The position numbers and the translations under genes were made by a program. From NCBI GenBank assembly GCA_965263355.1, contig CBDHHL010000056.1:2144001-2208000 (forward strand): a stretch of 64,000 bases of DNA. The letters run 5' to 3'. Shown piece after piece: positions 10,368 through 19,637 of the stretch. The notes beneath the pieces are model-generated. The model saw only the letters and a list, made by a program, of their open reading frames with translations. It had not been told where the DNA came from and made no database searches. Position 1 is the stretch's first letter. The number at the start of each line of letters is the position of its first letter. Source of the stretch: Leptolyngbyaceae cyanobacterium. Its GTDB lineage: Bacteria > Cyanobacteriota > Cyanobacteriia > Phormidesmidales > Phormidesmidaceae.

Positions 10368-12395
10368 ATGGCCGCAGCTATCAATAGAATTTCCCTACGC
10401 GACGGTGATCCAACCGGAGGGTTAGAATTCCGCGTTATTTTTACTGAATCAGTTGACATCAGTTCAATTGCTATCGATGACTTTGTCGTGGTTGGGGGCA
10501 GTTCCGCAGAAGTAACTAGCGTTCAACCGATTGGCAGCGAAACTAACCGGATTGATGTTCGAGTTTCCGGTGATGAAGACCTTAATGGCTTTACCGGTGA
10601 TGTTGGCATTTTTCTCTCTGATACTGTCACCATTACAACAATATCTGACGGTCAAAATATTGAAGATGTTTTACCGAAATCACAGAATTTCGGAGTAGTC
10701 CGTTTAGTAAATGGTGTTCCAACTGTAGATAGTCCTACAACCGTAGATCCTGCAACAATTGTAGATATTACGGCTGATAACGGCGATGACGACAACGGCG
10801 GCGATGACAACGGTGGTGATGACAACGGTGGCGATGACAACGGCGGCGATGACAACGGTGGTGATGACAACGGCGGCGATGACAACGGTGGCGATGACAA
10901 CGGTGGCGATGACAACGGCGGCGATGACAACGGTGGCGACGACAATGGTGATATAGCGTCAACCGGTAATCCATCTGACTCTCTGGAGCTAGATAGAATC
11001 ACCCTACGTGGCGAAGAAGACACCAGTGACGACGTTTTACAGTTTAGGGTCGTTTTTAACGAGGCAGCTCAAAATGTCAGTATAGAAGACTGGAATGTCA
11101 CCGGTGATAGTACTGCGACAGTCACTAATGTTTTCAAAGTTAATGATGGTGGCGATGCCCTGTATGACATTACAGTTTCCGGTGGTGATTTAGCAGACTT
11201 TAATGGCATCGTCGGTATTGAATTAGCTGAAGAGCAAAATATTGTTGATGCTAATGGCGACGAACTGCCAACTGAACCACCTACTGGCAAAAATTTGACT
11301 TATAACGTCGCCAATGAGACTGATGACGATGATGACGACAATGACGATGATGACGACAATGGCGGTGATGATGACAATGGCGGTGATGATGACAATGGCG
11401 GTGATGACGACAATGGCGGTGGCGACAACAATGGCGGTGATGATGACAATGGCGGTAACGATAACGGCGGCGGTGACGATTCCGGCAGTGGCGGTGAGAA
11501 CATTCCTCTCGAACTAACTGCCCAAGGGGAGATTCTTGAAGTCGCAGGGCTTGACAGTAATGAATCCTTAATTCTCGGTATTGTCACCTCGAATGTTTCC
11601 AGCGTCGGTGATGTCAGGCTTTATCAAACTGATGCAACTGGCACTGAACGCACTCTTATTTCAGTATTTTCTGTGCTCGAAGACGGTGTTTTAGGGTCAA
11701 ATTATGCACCTAGTTTCACTCTCACAGGAGATGACTTTGACGCTGACTTCGCAGACGGCTCTGCTGAAAGTGATTTTCTACAAATCGAAATTGTCGAAAA
11801 AGGTCTTGTTAGTCTAGCCAGCTTTAGCACCAATAGTGAAACAGAAGTCTCTGCAGATTTTGGTGATGGTAGCCAATTGCAGGTCAACTTAACCGATGAA
11901 CCGCCTGTAACTGACCTCCTGTTGGGTAATGCCAGGACTATTGACTTAACTGACCTAGAAGGCACCTCAGAGGTTACATTTACAGTCTATCGTGAAGCCG
12001 CGCTAGACAATATTGTGGGCTTCTACGTCACAGACACCGCAGATGGCGGCATCATTGTTGATGACATCACGGGTGAAATATTGCGTCCTGGTGATGCTGG
12101 TTATGAGGATGCTGCATTGGCAAACCAATTGAATATTGAACTCACAGGTGAAAATGGTGAAGAAATCACCGTTGATGCCACCATTAACAACGGTGTATTT
12201 CTGGGCACGTTCGTTCAAATCGATGCTGCTGCTGGTGACATCTGGTTCAGCCACCAAGGTGCCAATAGCGATGGTGTTAATCATTTTCGCCAGGTGGGTA
12301 CTAATGCCTTTGGTATTGAAGACCTTGCAGGTGGTGGCGACCAAGACTATAACGATATGGTTATATCGTTTGAGATTACTGCTGTCAATGCTTAA
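10368..12395 (+). CDS. very acidic surface/secreted-type protein: two related Ig-like domains, DDNGG repeat linkers, C-terminal DUF4114-like domain
   Basis: Internal duplication (FRVIFTESV..DDFVVVG / FRVVFNEAA..EDWNVTG). C-terminus has REAALDNIVGFY and FGIEDLAGGGDQDYNDMV, typical of DUF4114. Confidence 0.8.
   Translation: MAAAINRISLRDGDPTGGLEFRVIFTESVDISSIAIDDFVVVGGSSAEVTSVQPIGSETNRIDVRVSGDEDLNGFTGDVGIFLSDTVTITTISDGQNIEDVLPKSQNFGVVRLVNGVPTVDSPTTVDPATIVDITADNGDDDNGGDDNGGDDNGGDDNGGDDNGGDDNGGDDNGGDDNGGDDNGGDDNGGDDNGDIASTGNPSDSLELDRITLRGEEDTSDDVLQFRVVFNEAAQNVSIEDWNVTGDSTATVTNVFKVNDGGDALYDITVSGGDLADFNGIVGIELAEEQNIVDANGDELPTEPPTGKNLTYNVANETDDDDDDNDDDDDNGGDDDNGGDDDNGGDDDNGGGDNNGGDDDNGGNDNGGGDDSGSGGENIPLELTAQGEILEVAGLDSNESLILGIVTSNVSSVGDVRLYQTDATGTERTLISVFSVLEDGVLGSNYAPSFTLTGDDFDADFADGSAESDFLQIEIVEKGLVSLASFSTNSETEVSADFGDGSQLQVNLTDEPPVTDLLLGNARTIDLTDLEGTSEVTFTVYREAALDNIVGFYVTDTADGGIIVDDITGEILRPGDAGYEDAALANQLNIELTGENGEEITVDATINNGVFLGTFVQIDAAAGDIWFSHQGANSDGVNHFRQVGTNAFGIEDLAGGGDQDYNDMVISFEITAVNA
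10788..10949 (+). repeat. 15-bp coding tandem repeat, (DDNGG)x10 plus partial unit
   Basis: GAYGACAACGGYGGY units read directly. Confidence 0.95.
11322..11496 (+). repeat. poly-Asp plus 18-bp (DDDNGG)n coding repeat
   Basis: GATGATGACAATGGCGGT-type units following a poly-Asp run. Confidence 0.9.
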
Positions 12396-12449
12396 GTCAG
12401 CGATTTCCTTAAGTCAGCAACCCTCATTCCTTTAATCAATATAGTTATG

Positions 12450-12479
12450 GACCGATGGATATATCCATCGGTCTTTTTT
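12450..12479 (+). terminator. rho-independent terminator after the DUF4114 gene
   Basis: GACCGATGGATA|TATCCATCGGTC palindrome followed by a T-run. Confidence 0.8.
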
Positions 12480-12572
12480 ACTTGCCTCCACCCCCAGGTA
12501 CCCTTAACGGTACTATGGTCAATCTCAAGGACACGATAAACTGAGGCAGAATAATCTTCATCCTTCTGTCCA

Positions 12573-14048
12573 ATGCGACTAGACATTAGGGAACTAAATT
12601 TAGGATCCGATTCCGCTGAGCGCGACATCAATCTCGGGCTGGCAGACTATTTTTACCCCAACGTTACCTATCAAAAGTTTCTTAGCGGTCGCAAGACTAT
12701 CTTGGTAGGCAATCGGGGTACTGGCAAAAGCGCCATCTTCAAATATATTGCTACCATCGAAACCCGCAAGGGGAATCTAGTCCTAGAGCTATCTCCAGAG
12801 GAATACTCCTACGAACTACTGTCAGATCACCTGACCAGCGAACAGGATGGCTTTTGGCGTAAGCAAAGTGCCTACTCTGTGGCTTGGCAATATCTGCTAT
12901 ATACGCTGGTGTTTAAAAAGATTGCACAAACTAAACGCGGTCTGCTGCTAGGTGCTACCAAGAATATCTATGACTATGTTGCCAAGCAAAATTTATTTCA
13001 ACAAACCAGCTCTATTATTACGCTCGTCGATTATCTCAAACGGATTGAACAGGTAAAAACTGGTGTCAGCACAGGCGGTCTTCGCAGCCAAGAACTACAG
13101 GCACTCTACAGCCTAGATGAAATCAAAACCCTATTACCCAGCCTACAAACTGTCCTGCAAAATACCAAGATTAAAATCTTGATAGATGAGCTAGATAAGG
13201 GCTGGGACAATTCAGAAGATGCCAAATTTTTTATTGCTGGACTGTTCCAGGCAACTCAAAAACTCAATCTTATCAGCCCTAATTTAAGGGTGTACATTTC
13301 GATTCGCCAGGAGCTATTCGATAACATCCCCCAAATTTACGAAGATGCCCAGAAAATTCGCGAAGATGTAGAAGTGATCCGCTGGGGTAGAAATGAGCTG
13401 CTCGAACTGATTGGGCGGCGTATCGTTCATTCGTTTCCCCAAGCCGCCAGACTCGATGCCCACAAGCTCTGGCAATCAATTTTTGTCAGCCAGATGCAGG
13501 CTACCAATATCGAAACATTAGACTACATTATTGACCGTACCCAGCTGCGCCCTCGTGAACTGCTGCAGTTTTGTAAGCTATGCGCCGAAAGAATTGAGTA
13601 TTCTTTGGCAGGTCGGAGGATTGATGCGGTTGCGATCGCAGCTGCCGAAGAATCTTACTCTGAACAAAAGACCCGTGATCTTGCCTCAGAATACCGATTT
13701 CAATATCCCCATCTACTCGATGTATTTGAAATCTTTCGAGGTAAACGTAGCCACTACGACAAAGAAGAACTCGATTATCTACTTTTAGCCATCGTCTGCG
13801 GCGAATTTGACGTTGAACAGGCATCCAGCTGGATCCTTAATATGGACTATCTCGAACTCAAGCAAATCCTATGGAAAATTGGCTTTCTCAAAGCTTGGGT
13901 CCCTCGCCATACGAACCGTCGTACCAGCTTAGCTGGAGCTTACCTGGGTCACTACGAACTCCCCACTATTAACCTGGAAAATATTGAACAATTTCGGATT
14001 CATCCAGCCTGCACAAGTTTTTTACATTTAAAAGAGACCTTACCCTAA
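12573..14048 (+). CDS. P-loop ATPase, Sll1717-like/STAND-related family
   Basis: N-terminal LGSDSAERD..L..YF, Walker A GNRGTGKS, Walker B ILIDELDKGW, RPRELL motif, C-terminal IGFL and FRIHPA. Confidence 0.8.
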   Translation: MRLDIRELNLGSDSAERDINLGLADYFYPNVTYQKFLSGRKTILVGNRGTGKSAIFKYIATIETRKGNLVLELSPEEYSYELLSDHLTSEQDGFWRKQSAYSVAWQYLLYTLVFKKIAQTKRGLLLGATKNIYDYVAKQNLFQQTSSIITLVDYLKRIEQVKTGVSTGGLRSQELQALYSLDEIKTLLPSLQTVLQNTKIKILIDELDKGWDNSEDAKFFIAGLFQATQKLNLISPNLRVYISIRQELFDNIPQIYEDAQKIREDVEVIRWGRNELLELIGRRIVHSFPQAARLDAHKLWQSIFVSQMQATNIETLDYIIDRTQLRPRELLQFCKLCAERIEYSLAGRRIDAVAIAAAEESYSEQKTRDLASEYRFQYPHLLDVFEIFRGKRSHYDKEELDYLLLAIVCGEFDVEQASSWILNMDYLELKQILWKIGFLKAWVPRHTNRRTSLAGAYLGHYELPTINLENIEQFRIHPACTSFLHLKETLP

Positions 14049-14077
14049 GGCTTCGTCAAACCTGTACAATCCCCCTT

Positions 14078-14818
14078 ATGAAATGGAGAGCCACCCGACC
14101 CGTCCACCCAATTGAACACTGGATGCAATCAGTGCCCACATGGCTGGTGGCAACCTTAGCCGTTATCACCTTGCTGGCAATTAAAATCGTGGCAGCCGTC
14201 CCAGAAATTCAGGATGCACTGCCTTTCAACATCCCAGACCATCACTGGAGCATGATCCTCACCTTACTGAGTGATGTTGAGTCCATTGCCGCCGTTATCG
14301 CCGTTATTTTGTATATCAAAGGTGCGCCCGAACGACGCGTCCAACGTCATTATGAAGCCTGGCAAGTTGTTGATATGGCAGCCTCGGCAAAAATGGGGGT
14401 GAGCTATGCCAGGTATCAGGCTTTAGAAGACCTACATAGGGATGGACTCTCCCTCCAAGGCTTAGAAGCAGCTAATGCAAACTTAGCTGAAATCGAACTG
14501 CCCCAAGCAGATTTAAGCTACTGCAACCTGAGAATGGCCAACCTACGTAAGGCTAATCTTAGGGGTGCCAATCTTCAGGGTGCTGACCTCCGGGCTGCCG
14601 ATTTACAACATGCCAATCTGAGGGGAGCTAATCTACAGGGCAGCAATCTTCAAGGCGCTAACTTACGCAATGCTGAACTATGGGAAGCGCAACTCTGGGA
14701 TGCAGACCTGAGCGAAGCAGAGCTTTGGTGGGCTGAGTTACACATTGAGGAGTTGGAAGGAGCACGACTTTGCCACACCATCATGCCCAACGGTCAACAA
14801 TTCGATCGAGATTGTTAA
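14078..14818 (+). CDS. membrane-anchored pentapeptide repeat protein
   Basis: Two hydrophobic segments, then the HYEAWQVV..AA...SYAR..ALEDL motif, then A(N/D)LxX repeats. Confidence 0.9.
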   Translation: MKWRATRPVHPIEHWMQSVPTWLVATLAVITLLAIKIVAAVPEIQDALPFNIPDHHWSMILTLLSDVESIAAVIAVILYIKGAPERRVQRHYEAWQVVDMAASAKMGVSYARYQALEDLHRDGLSLQGLEAANANLAEIELPQADLSYCNLRMANLRKANLRGANLQGADLRAADLQHANLRGANLQGSNLQGANLRNAELWEAQLWDADLSEAELWWAELHIEELEGARLCHTIMPNGQQFDRDC

Positions 14819-14826
14819 CCTCAAAG

Positions 14827-14899
14827 TTTTCCACAGGCGCTGTCAAGCCCCTTACTCATGGTCAAAACCTGTGGAAAACTCCTTGCAAAATGTGGAAAA
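14827..14899. promoter_or_regulatory. cluster of three perfect cyanobacterial-type DnaA boxes (TTTTCCACA)
   Basis: TTTTCCACA at 14827-14835 (+); TGTGGAAAA at 14870-14878 and 14891-14899 (-). Degenerate copies and an AT-rich tract follow. Confidence 0.6.
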
Positions 14900-15087
14900 C
14901 CTGAGAAAACATCTGGAAACGTTTCTTTCGTTATCAAAATGGATTTGTAAAAATTTTAGATAAAGATGGGGTCACCCTCAGTGGCATTAAACAACTAACT
15001 ATGGTCAAAATTACTTAGATATATAAATATCTGATTACAGAGAAACAGATCTCTGTAGACTGCATCCCTAGATGAGCAAAGGGACCT

Positions 15088-16026
15088 ATGGCCGATGGAT
15101 GGGGAGATACCCCAATCGCAATTTCAACAGAATTAGTCCTGCCCAGGCAGTATGGTCCAGCTAACCAATTAAATAGAGCTGGAGCGAAGCTTCGGGGTAC
15201 AAATCTGAGCAATCACAACCTGGAACGGGCGGATTTTACAGGAGCCGATTTAAGCGGCGCAAACTTAGAAAACACAAGGCTAATTGATGCCCAAATGGTT
15301 AACGTTAATCTAAGTGGGGCCAGCTTAACCCATGCTAACTTAACCGCTGCTAGTCTCAGACGAGCGAACTTACTCGGCGCAGTGTTAATGGCAGCTAACC
15401 TTGAACAAGCAACACTATCGCAAGCCAAGCTAGCAGGTGCGAATCTTACTGAGGCTGACCTTGACAATGCAAATTTGGCTGAAGCCGATTTAAGTTACAG
15501 TCTGTTACGACGGGCCAGCTTGGTAGAGGCAAATCTAAGCCGGACACGGATGGATCACGCAAACGCAAATGGCGCTGAACTCTATGGCATTAATGGTAGC
15601 TTTGCACAGCTAAACAAAGCTCAGCTCCAGAGATGTGACCTCCGACAAGCTAATTTGACCCAGGCAGACTTCACCCAGGCTAATCTAACTCAGGCTAATC
15701 TCAATCAAGCTATCCTTACTGGGGTTAAAGGGACAGCCGCAATCCTAACGGCAGTGAATCTAGCGTGGACAACGCTAGACTATGCTCACTTCACTGCCGC
15801 CAAGCTACAGCAGGCGATTATGACTAATGCAACCTTAATAGAAACCGAGCTTTCAGGGGCTGATTTGTACCATGCAAAATTAGACAATGCTACGTTCAAA
15901 GGCTGCCATCTTCATAGCATTGATTGGCAAACGGTTTCTGTTAAAGGTACTCACTTCTATCACCCCCTTGGCTTGCTACAACAGGAAAAAGCTTGGCTGC
16001 GCTCTCAAGGTGCCACCCTCACCTAA
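15088..16026 (+). CDS. pentapeptide repeat protein
   Basis: Most of the protein is continuous A(D/N)Lxx repeats. Confidence 0.92.
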   Translation: MADGWGDTPIAISTELVLPRQYGPANQLNRAGAKLRGTNLSNHNLERADFTGADLSGANLENTRLIDAQMVNVNLSGASLTHANLTAASLRRANLLGAVLMAANLEQATLSQAKLAGANLTEADLDNANLAEADLSYSLLRRASLVEANLSRTRMDHANANGAELYGINGSFAQLNKAQLQRCDLRQANLTQADFTQANLTQANLNQAILTGVKGTAAILTAVNLAWTTLDYAHFTAAKLQQAIMTNATLIETELSGADLYHAKLDNATFKGCHLHSIDWQTVSVKGTHFYHPLGLLQQEKAWLRSQGATLT

Positions 16027-16739
16027 GCCCTAAGTTTCTCCATAGCCCAAATCCGATAAACCGTTCCTCGCACTGTTGGATGATCTGGCTGTTCCAGGGT
16101 CATTGGCATTGACTCAAATTCAAACCCTTGAGCCATAAGTGCCCTTTGAAATTCTCCCCTATGCGCTCGATCCGGATCAGACAACCAACATTCACCTTTA
16201 ACTGCCAATACTGACGCCATTAGCCGTATCAACGGCTGAATATTACGTACCTCGTAAATCACATCTGCCGCCAATATCAACGGTACTTGCAGCCCCACAG
16301 GTGGAAATCGCCAATCTAACGGCAATGTACGAAACTGCTCAAAACCATTGAGCTTAGCATTTTGGGCAGCAAAACTTAACGCAGCAACATCATAATCACT
16401 AAATACCACATCCATGCCCAAAGCTAGTGCCACTAAACCCGACAGTCCCAAGCCACAACCCACCTCCAAAACTTGCATCCCTACAGGCCAAGCTCGTTGA
16501 GCAATTGCTTGTCCTAGCATGATTGCCGATGGCCACAGTTCTGCCCAATAAGGCATATATTCATCCTGGTCAAACGCCTCATAGGTAGCTGGATGATCTA
16601 ACAAGACATCAATACTAGTTGGTAAAACTAATCTAAATTGCTTCAACTCCCCCTCTCTGAAAGGAATCAGCACCCGTTTCTCAACCGTATCAGTCAAAGC
16701 TTCATTGGGCGTTGTATGCAAAAAGGGGTGAGCCATCAC
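16023..16739 (-). CDS. class I SAM-dependent methyltransferase (Methyltransf_16/METTL21-like)
   Basis: PYWAELWPSA, VLEVGCGLGL, SDYD and ILAADVIYE motifs. Start overlaps the RNase II stop. Confidence 0.9.
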   Translation of the reverse strand: MMAHPFLHTTPNEALTDTVEKRVLIPFREGELKQFRLVLPTSIDVLLDHPATYEAFDQDEYMPYWAELWPSAIMLGQAIAQRAWPVGMQVLEVGCGLGLSGLVALALGMDVVFSDYDVAALSFAAQNAKLNGFEQFRTLPLDWRFPPVGLQVPLILAADVIYEVRNIQPLIRLMASVLAVKGECWLSDPDRAHRGEFQRALMAQGFEFESMPMTLEQPDHPTVRGTVYRIWAMEKLRA

Positions 16740-18796
16740 GCCACAGCTTCACTCTCAACTACTTCGTCCGGTGCCACCTCAAGTCGAATAAAGTCTTGAC
16801 GTGGATTAGCGTGAACCACACGTACTTCAAAACGCTCACCCAAAGCCGGTGGCGTTTCAAATCGCATGGCTAATTCCAAGCCTAGATCTTCAATTATCAC
16901 CAAGCCCAAATTTTCATGCTCTCGCAACCACCGCAATAGCATGACCGACCAACGATGACCAGCTTCACGACGTAAGTACTCTAACGCCCAGTAGCGCTTG
17001 GTTTGGCGCTCTACGGTTACGGCCTCATAAGCAGCCGTAGATACTCCCTGAGTTAATTCAGTCATTTCCTCAGGGGAAAAGGGAAGATTCTCGCCCCTCA
17101 AATGGGCCTTTAACTGGAAATGGGCTAACAGATCCGTATAGCGACGAATGGGTGATGTTACCTGGCTGTAATAATCTAACCCCAACGTAGCATGCCGAGC
17201 TGGGCTAATCCCCATCTCACTGCGAGGCATACAGCGCCGAATAGCCGAGTCCCGTACCCATCCCGTTGGTAGTTGCAACAATTCGTTCTCAGAAGGCAAC
17301 TCAGGTTCAGGCTGACTGCGAAAAGGAATAGCCAACGCATGGGCTTCACCATAACGAGCCGCAACTTCCCCGGTTAAAATCATCATCTCAGCAACAGTTT
17401 GTCGTGACTGGGAGTTTTCCAAAACATCAATCGTGATTTCCTCGTCAATTACCTTGATCGATGACTCAGGCATATTAATAGAGATTGCTCCCTGAGATTT
17501 ACGCCACACTCGACGCTTTTTAGCAGACTCAGCAATTGCATTGAGTTCAGGTTCAGCCTTAAGCCCTAACTCCAACATCTCATCAACGTCATCATAGGTG
17601 AGTCGATAGGTTGGCTTAATCAAACTGGCCTTAATATCATATTCCTCCACAGCCCCTAACTCACTCAGCACAATACCAAAGCTAAGAGCACAGCATATTT
17701 CTCCCTGCCGCAAGCTCATAGGGCCAGTGGCCAATGCCTCAGGAAACATAGGAATCATACCTGTTGGTAGATATACCGTCGTACAGCGACGGCGAGCTTC
17801 CAAGTCAATGGCATCTCCAGGTAAAAGCCAACGAGTAGGATCCGCAATATGCACCCATATCCGCCTACGGCCATCACTAAGAGTTTCTAAACTTAAACCA
17901 TCATCGATTTCGCGAGTACTTTCATCGTCAATGGTATACACCTTGAGATAAGTCAGATCCAACCGATTAGCATCGGCATCAGGTGGCGGATTATTCATCA
18001 GATGCTGCACCATGGCACTAATCTCATCAGGAATTTGGATGGGAATTTGACTACGGCGTAGCGCTAGATTCTCATGGGGAGTCCATAAACCTAAATCCAC
18101 GAGCAGCTGAAAGGTATCTTCAGCTGATATCCCGTAATCCAGTGCCTTCAAGATCTCTTGTGCAGACGCTTTCTGAGAATAGTCCTCACTGAGAGTAGCA
18201 TAGCGCTCCAATATATCCAGCCGGGACCAATCCGTGCTTTTCCATTCTACAGAAGGCGAGGAGTCCTGTAGCGTAACATCCTCCAAGGGTTGCCCCGTAA
18301 GAATTTGCTTAGCTCGCGATAGAAAGCCCTCCCACTCAAGCTTACGAGCTATTTCACGAGCCTGCTGATGGCGCACCTCATCAACCTGCTTGATCGAGCG
18401 AGGTTCATAGCGATCGCCTTTACGCTTAAAAAAGACTTTGTCATTACTTAACAAACAGTAGGCTGCATAGCATAGAGCTGGCGACTGCTCCGAAAATAGC
18501 AGCAACGCCAAAGAAGCTGGGTCAGTCGACTCCCCAGCTTCTTGCAAAAATTCCCAGGCAACCTCTAGATTATCTGGATCAATATTAGGCTCAACCTCGG
18601 CTAAGAAATTAGCAATATCCGAAGACTGATAGCTACCACTTTCAACCGTATAAGTAATCTGACGAGGGTGCAAAACATGGGACTGACCATTACCATCAAT
18701 CACCACCCAATTTTTTTTACCTTCTGGGCGATCAGCCACCCCCAAACGGGGGGTTCCTTGAACCTTAAACTCGATCAGCGTTCCCTTTTCCACCAA
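16736..18796 (-). CDS. rnb: RNase II/R (RNB-domain) exoribonuclease
   Basis: YTIDDESTREIDDGLS catalytic motif, VHIAD, and TSPIRRYTDL. Confidence 0.92.
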   Translation of the reverse strand: MVEKGTLIEFKVQGTPRLGVADRPEGKKNWVVIDGNGQSHVLHPRQITYTVESGSYQSSDIANFLAEVEPNIDPDNLEVAWEFLQEAGESTDPASLALLLFSEQSPALCYAAYCLLSNDKVFFKRKGDRYEPRSIKQVDEVRHQQAREIARKLEWEGFLSRAKQILTGQPLEDVTLQDSSPSVEWKSTDWSRLDILERYATLSEDYSQKASAQEILKALDYGISAEDTFQLLVDLGLWTPHENLALRRSQIPIQIPDEISAMVQHLMNNPPPDADANRLDLTYLKVYTIDDESTREIDDGLSLETLSDGRRRIWVHIADPTRWLLPGDAIDLEARRRCTTVYLPTGMIPMFPEALATGPMSLRQGEICCALSFGIVLSELGAVEEYDIKASLIKPTYRLTYDDVDEMLELGLKAEPELNAIAESAKKRRVWRKSQGAISINMPESSIKVIDEEITIDVLENSQSRQTVAEMMILTGEVAARYGEAHALAIPFRSQPEPELPSENELLQLPTGWVRDSAIRRCMPRSEMGISPARHATLGLDYYSQVTSPIRRYTDLLAHFQLKAHLRGENLPFSPEEMTELTQGVSTAAYEAVTVERQTKRYWALEYLRREAGHRWSVMLLRWLREHENLGLVIIEDLGLELAMRFETPPALGERFEVRVVHANPRQDFIRLEVAPDEVVESEAVA

Positions 18797-18957
18797 CCTA
18801 GATCCTTACCTATATGGCTTTATCGTTGGTTGCACAGCAACTCAGTCCGAGCATAAGCAATCTGATACGGGTAAATCAGAAAATCAGAAAACTGCTTAAT
18901 CAATGAGCCAAGAACCTTTAGCTGAACTAGAACTAAATGCCAGCTTCCAAACGACGA

Positions 18958-19173
18958 TTACCCTTCGCGGTTAACGTAAGGAAGCAAGGCTAGTATGCGA
19001 GCACGTTTGATGGCAACCGTTAAGTCTCGCTGTTGCTTAGCAGTCAACCCAGTGATGCGACGAGGCAAAATCTTGCCGCGCTCAGTAATAAACTTACGCA
19101 ACAGATCAACGTCCTTGTAGTCAATTTTTTCTTCAGGCTTAATCGGTGATACCCGACGGCGAAAATAGGCCAT
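18958..19173 (-). CDS. rpsR: 30S ribosomal protein S18
   Basis: [26 protein letters not shown]. Confidence 0.99.
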   Translation of the reverse strand: MAYFRRRVSPIKPEEKIDYKDVDLLRKFITERGKILPRRITGLTAKQQRDLTVAIKRARILALLPYVNREG

Positions 19174-19180
19174 GGTGTCT

Positions 19181-19369
19181 TTACTTAATCTCTTTGTGGA
19201 CAGTATGAGTATTGCAATGGGTGCAGAACTTTTTCAGCTCTAGTCGACCAGTCGTATTCCGACGATTCTTTTGAGTGGTATAACGGGAAACCCCTTTAGA
19301 GCGCTTATTGGGGTTGCTACGACACTCCGTACACTCCAACGTAATGATAATGCGAACGCCTTTAGCCAT
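19181..19369 (-). CDS. rpmG: 50S ribosomal protein L33
   Basis: [11 protein letters not shown]...[20 protein letters not shown] (Zn-ribbon form). Confidence 0.99.
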   Translation of the reverse strand: MAKGVRIIITLECTECRSNPNKRSKGVSRYTTQKNRRNTTGRLELKKFCTHCNTHTVHKEIK

Positions 19370-19466
19370 GATTGATGGTGTTAGCTAGCAACTATTGACA
19401 CAGGGAATCTATGATGTCACACCAACCTAGGCAGATGCAAGATATAAGCACATAAGTTTTGATCCT

Positions 19467-19495
19467 GTAGTTGGGTTGAGCACATGAAACCCAAC
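19467..19495 (+). repeat. REP-like hairpin
   Basis: GTAG-TTGGGTT-N10-AACCCAAC, intergenic. Confidence 0.55.
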
Positions 19496-19637
19496 ATAGC
19501 TCACGTGAATTTTAATGCCATAGGCTAGCTTGAACATGTAACCCCTAATGTGGCAGATATATCTAAAGCCATATTAGGGGTTATCTTTTATGTGAATTGT
19601 CCTAACAACAAACAGCGGCGTTCGACTTACACGCAAC

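Noticed and set aside
10788..10949. Possible CRISPR array
   Set aside because: Contiguous 15-bp coding units with no unique spacers, and no cas genes in the window.
10652..11587. Antisense and alternate-frame ORFs with SSPPL, HRC or MMT repeats
   Set aside because: They are shadows of the DDNGG coding repeats.
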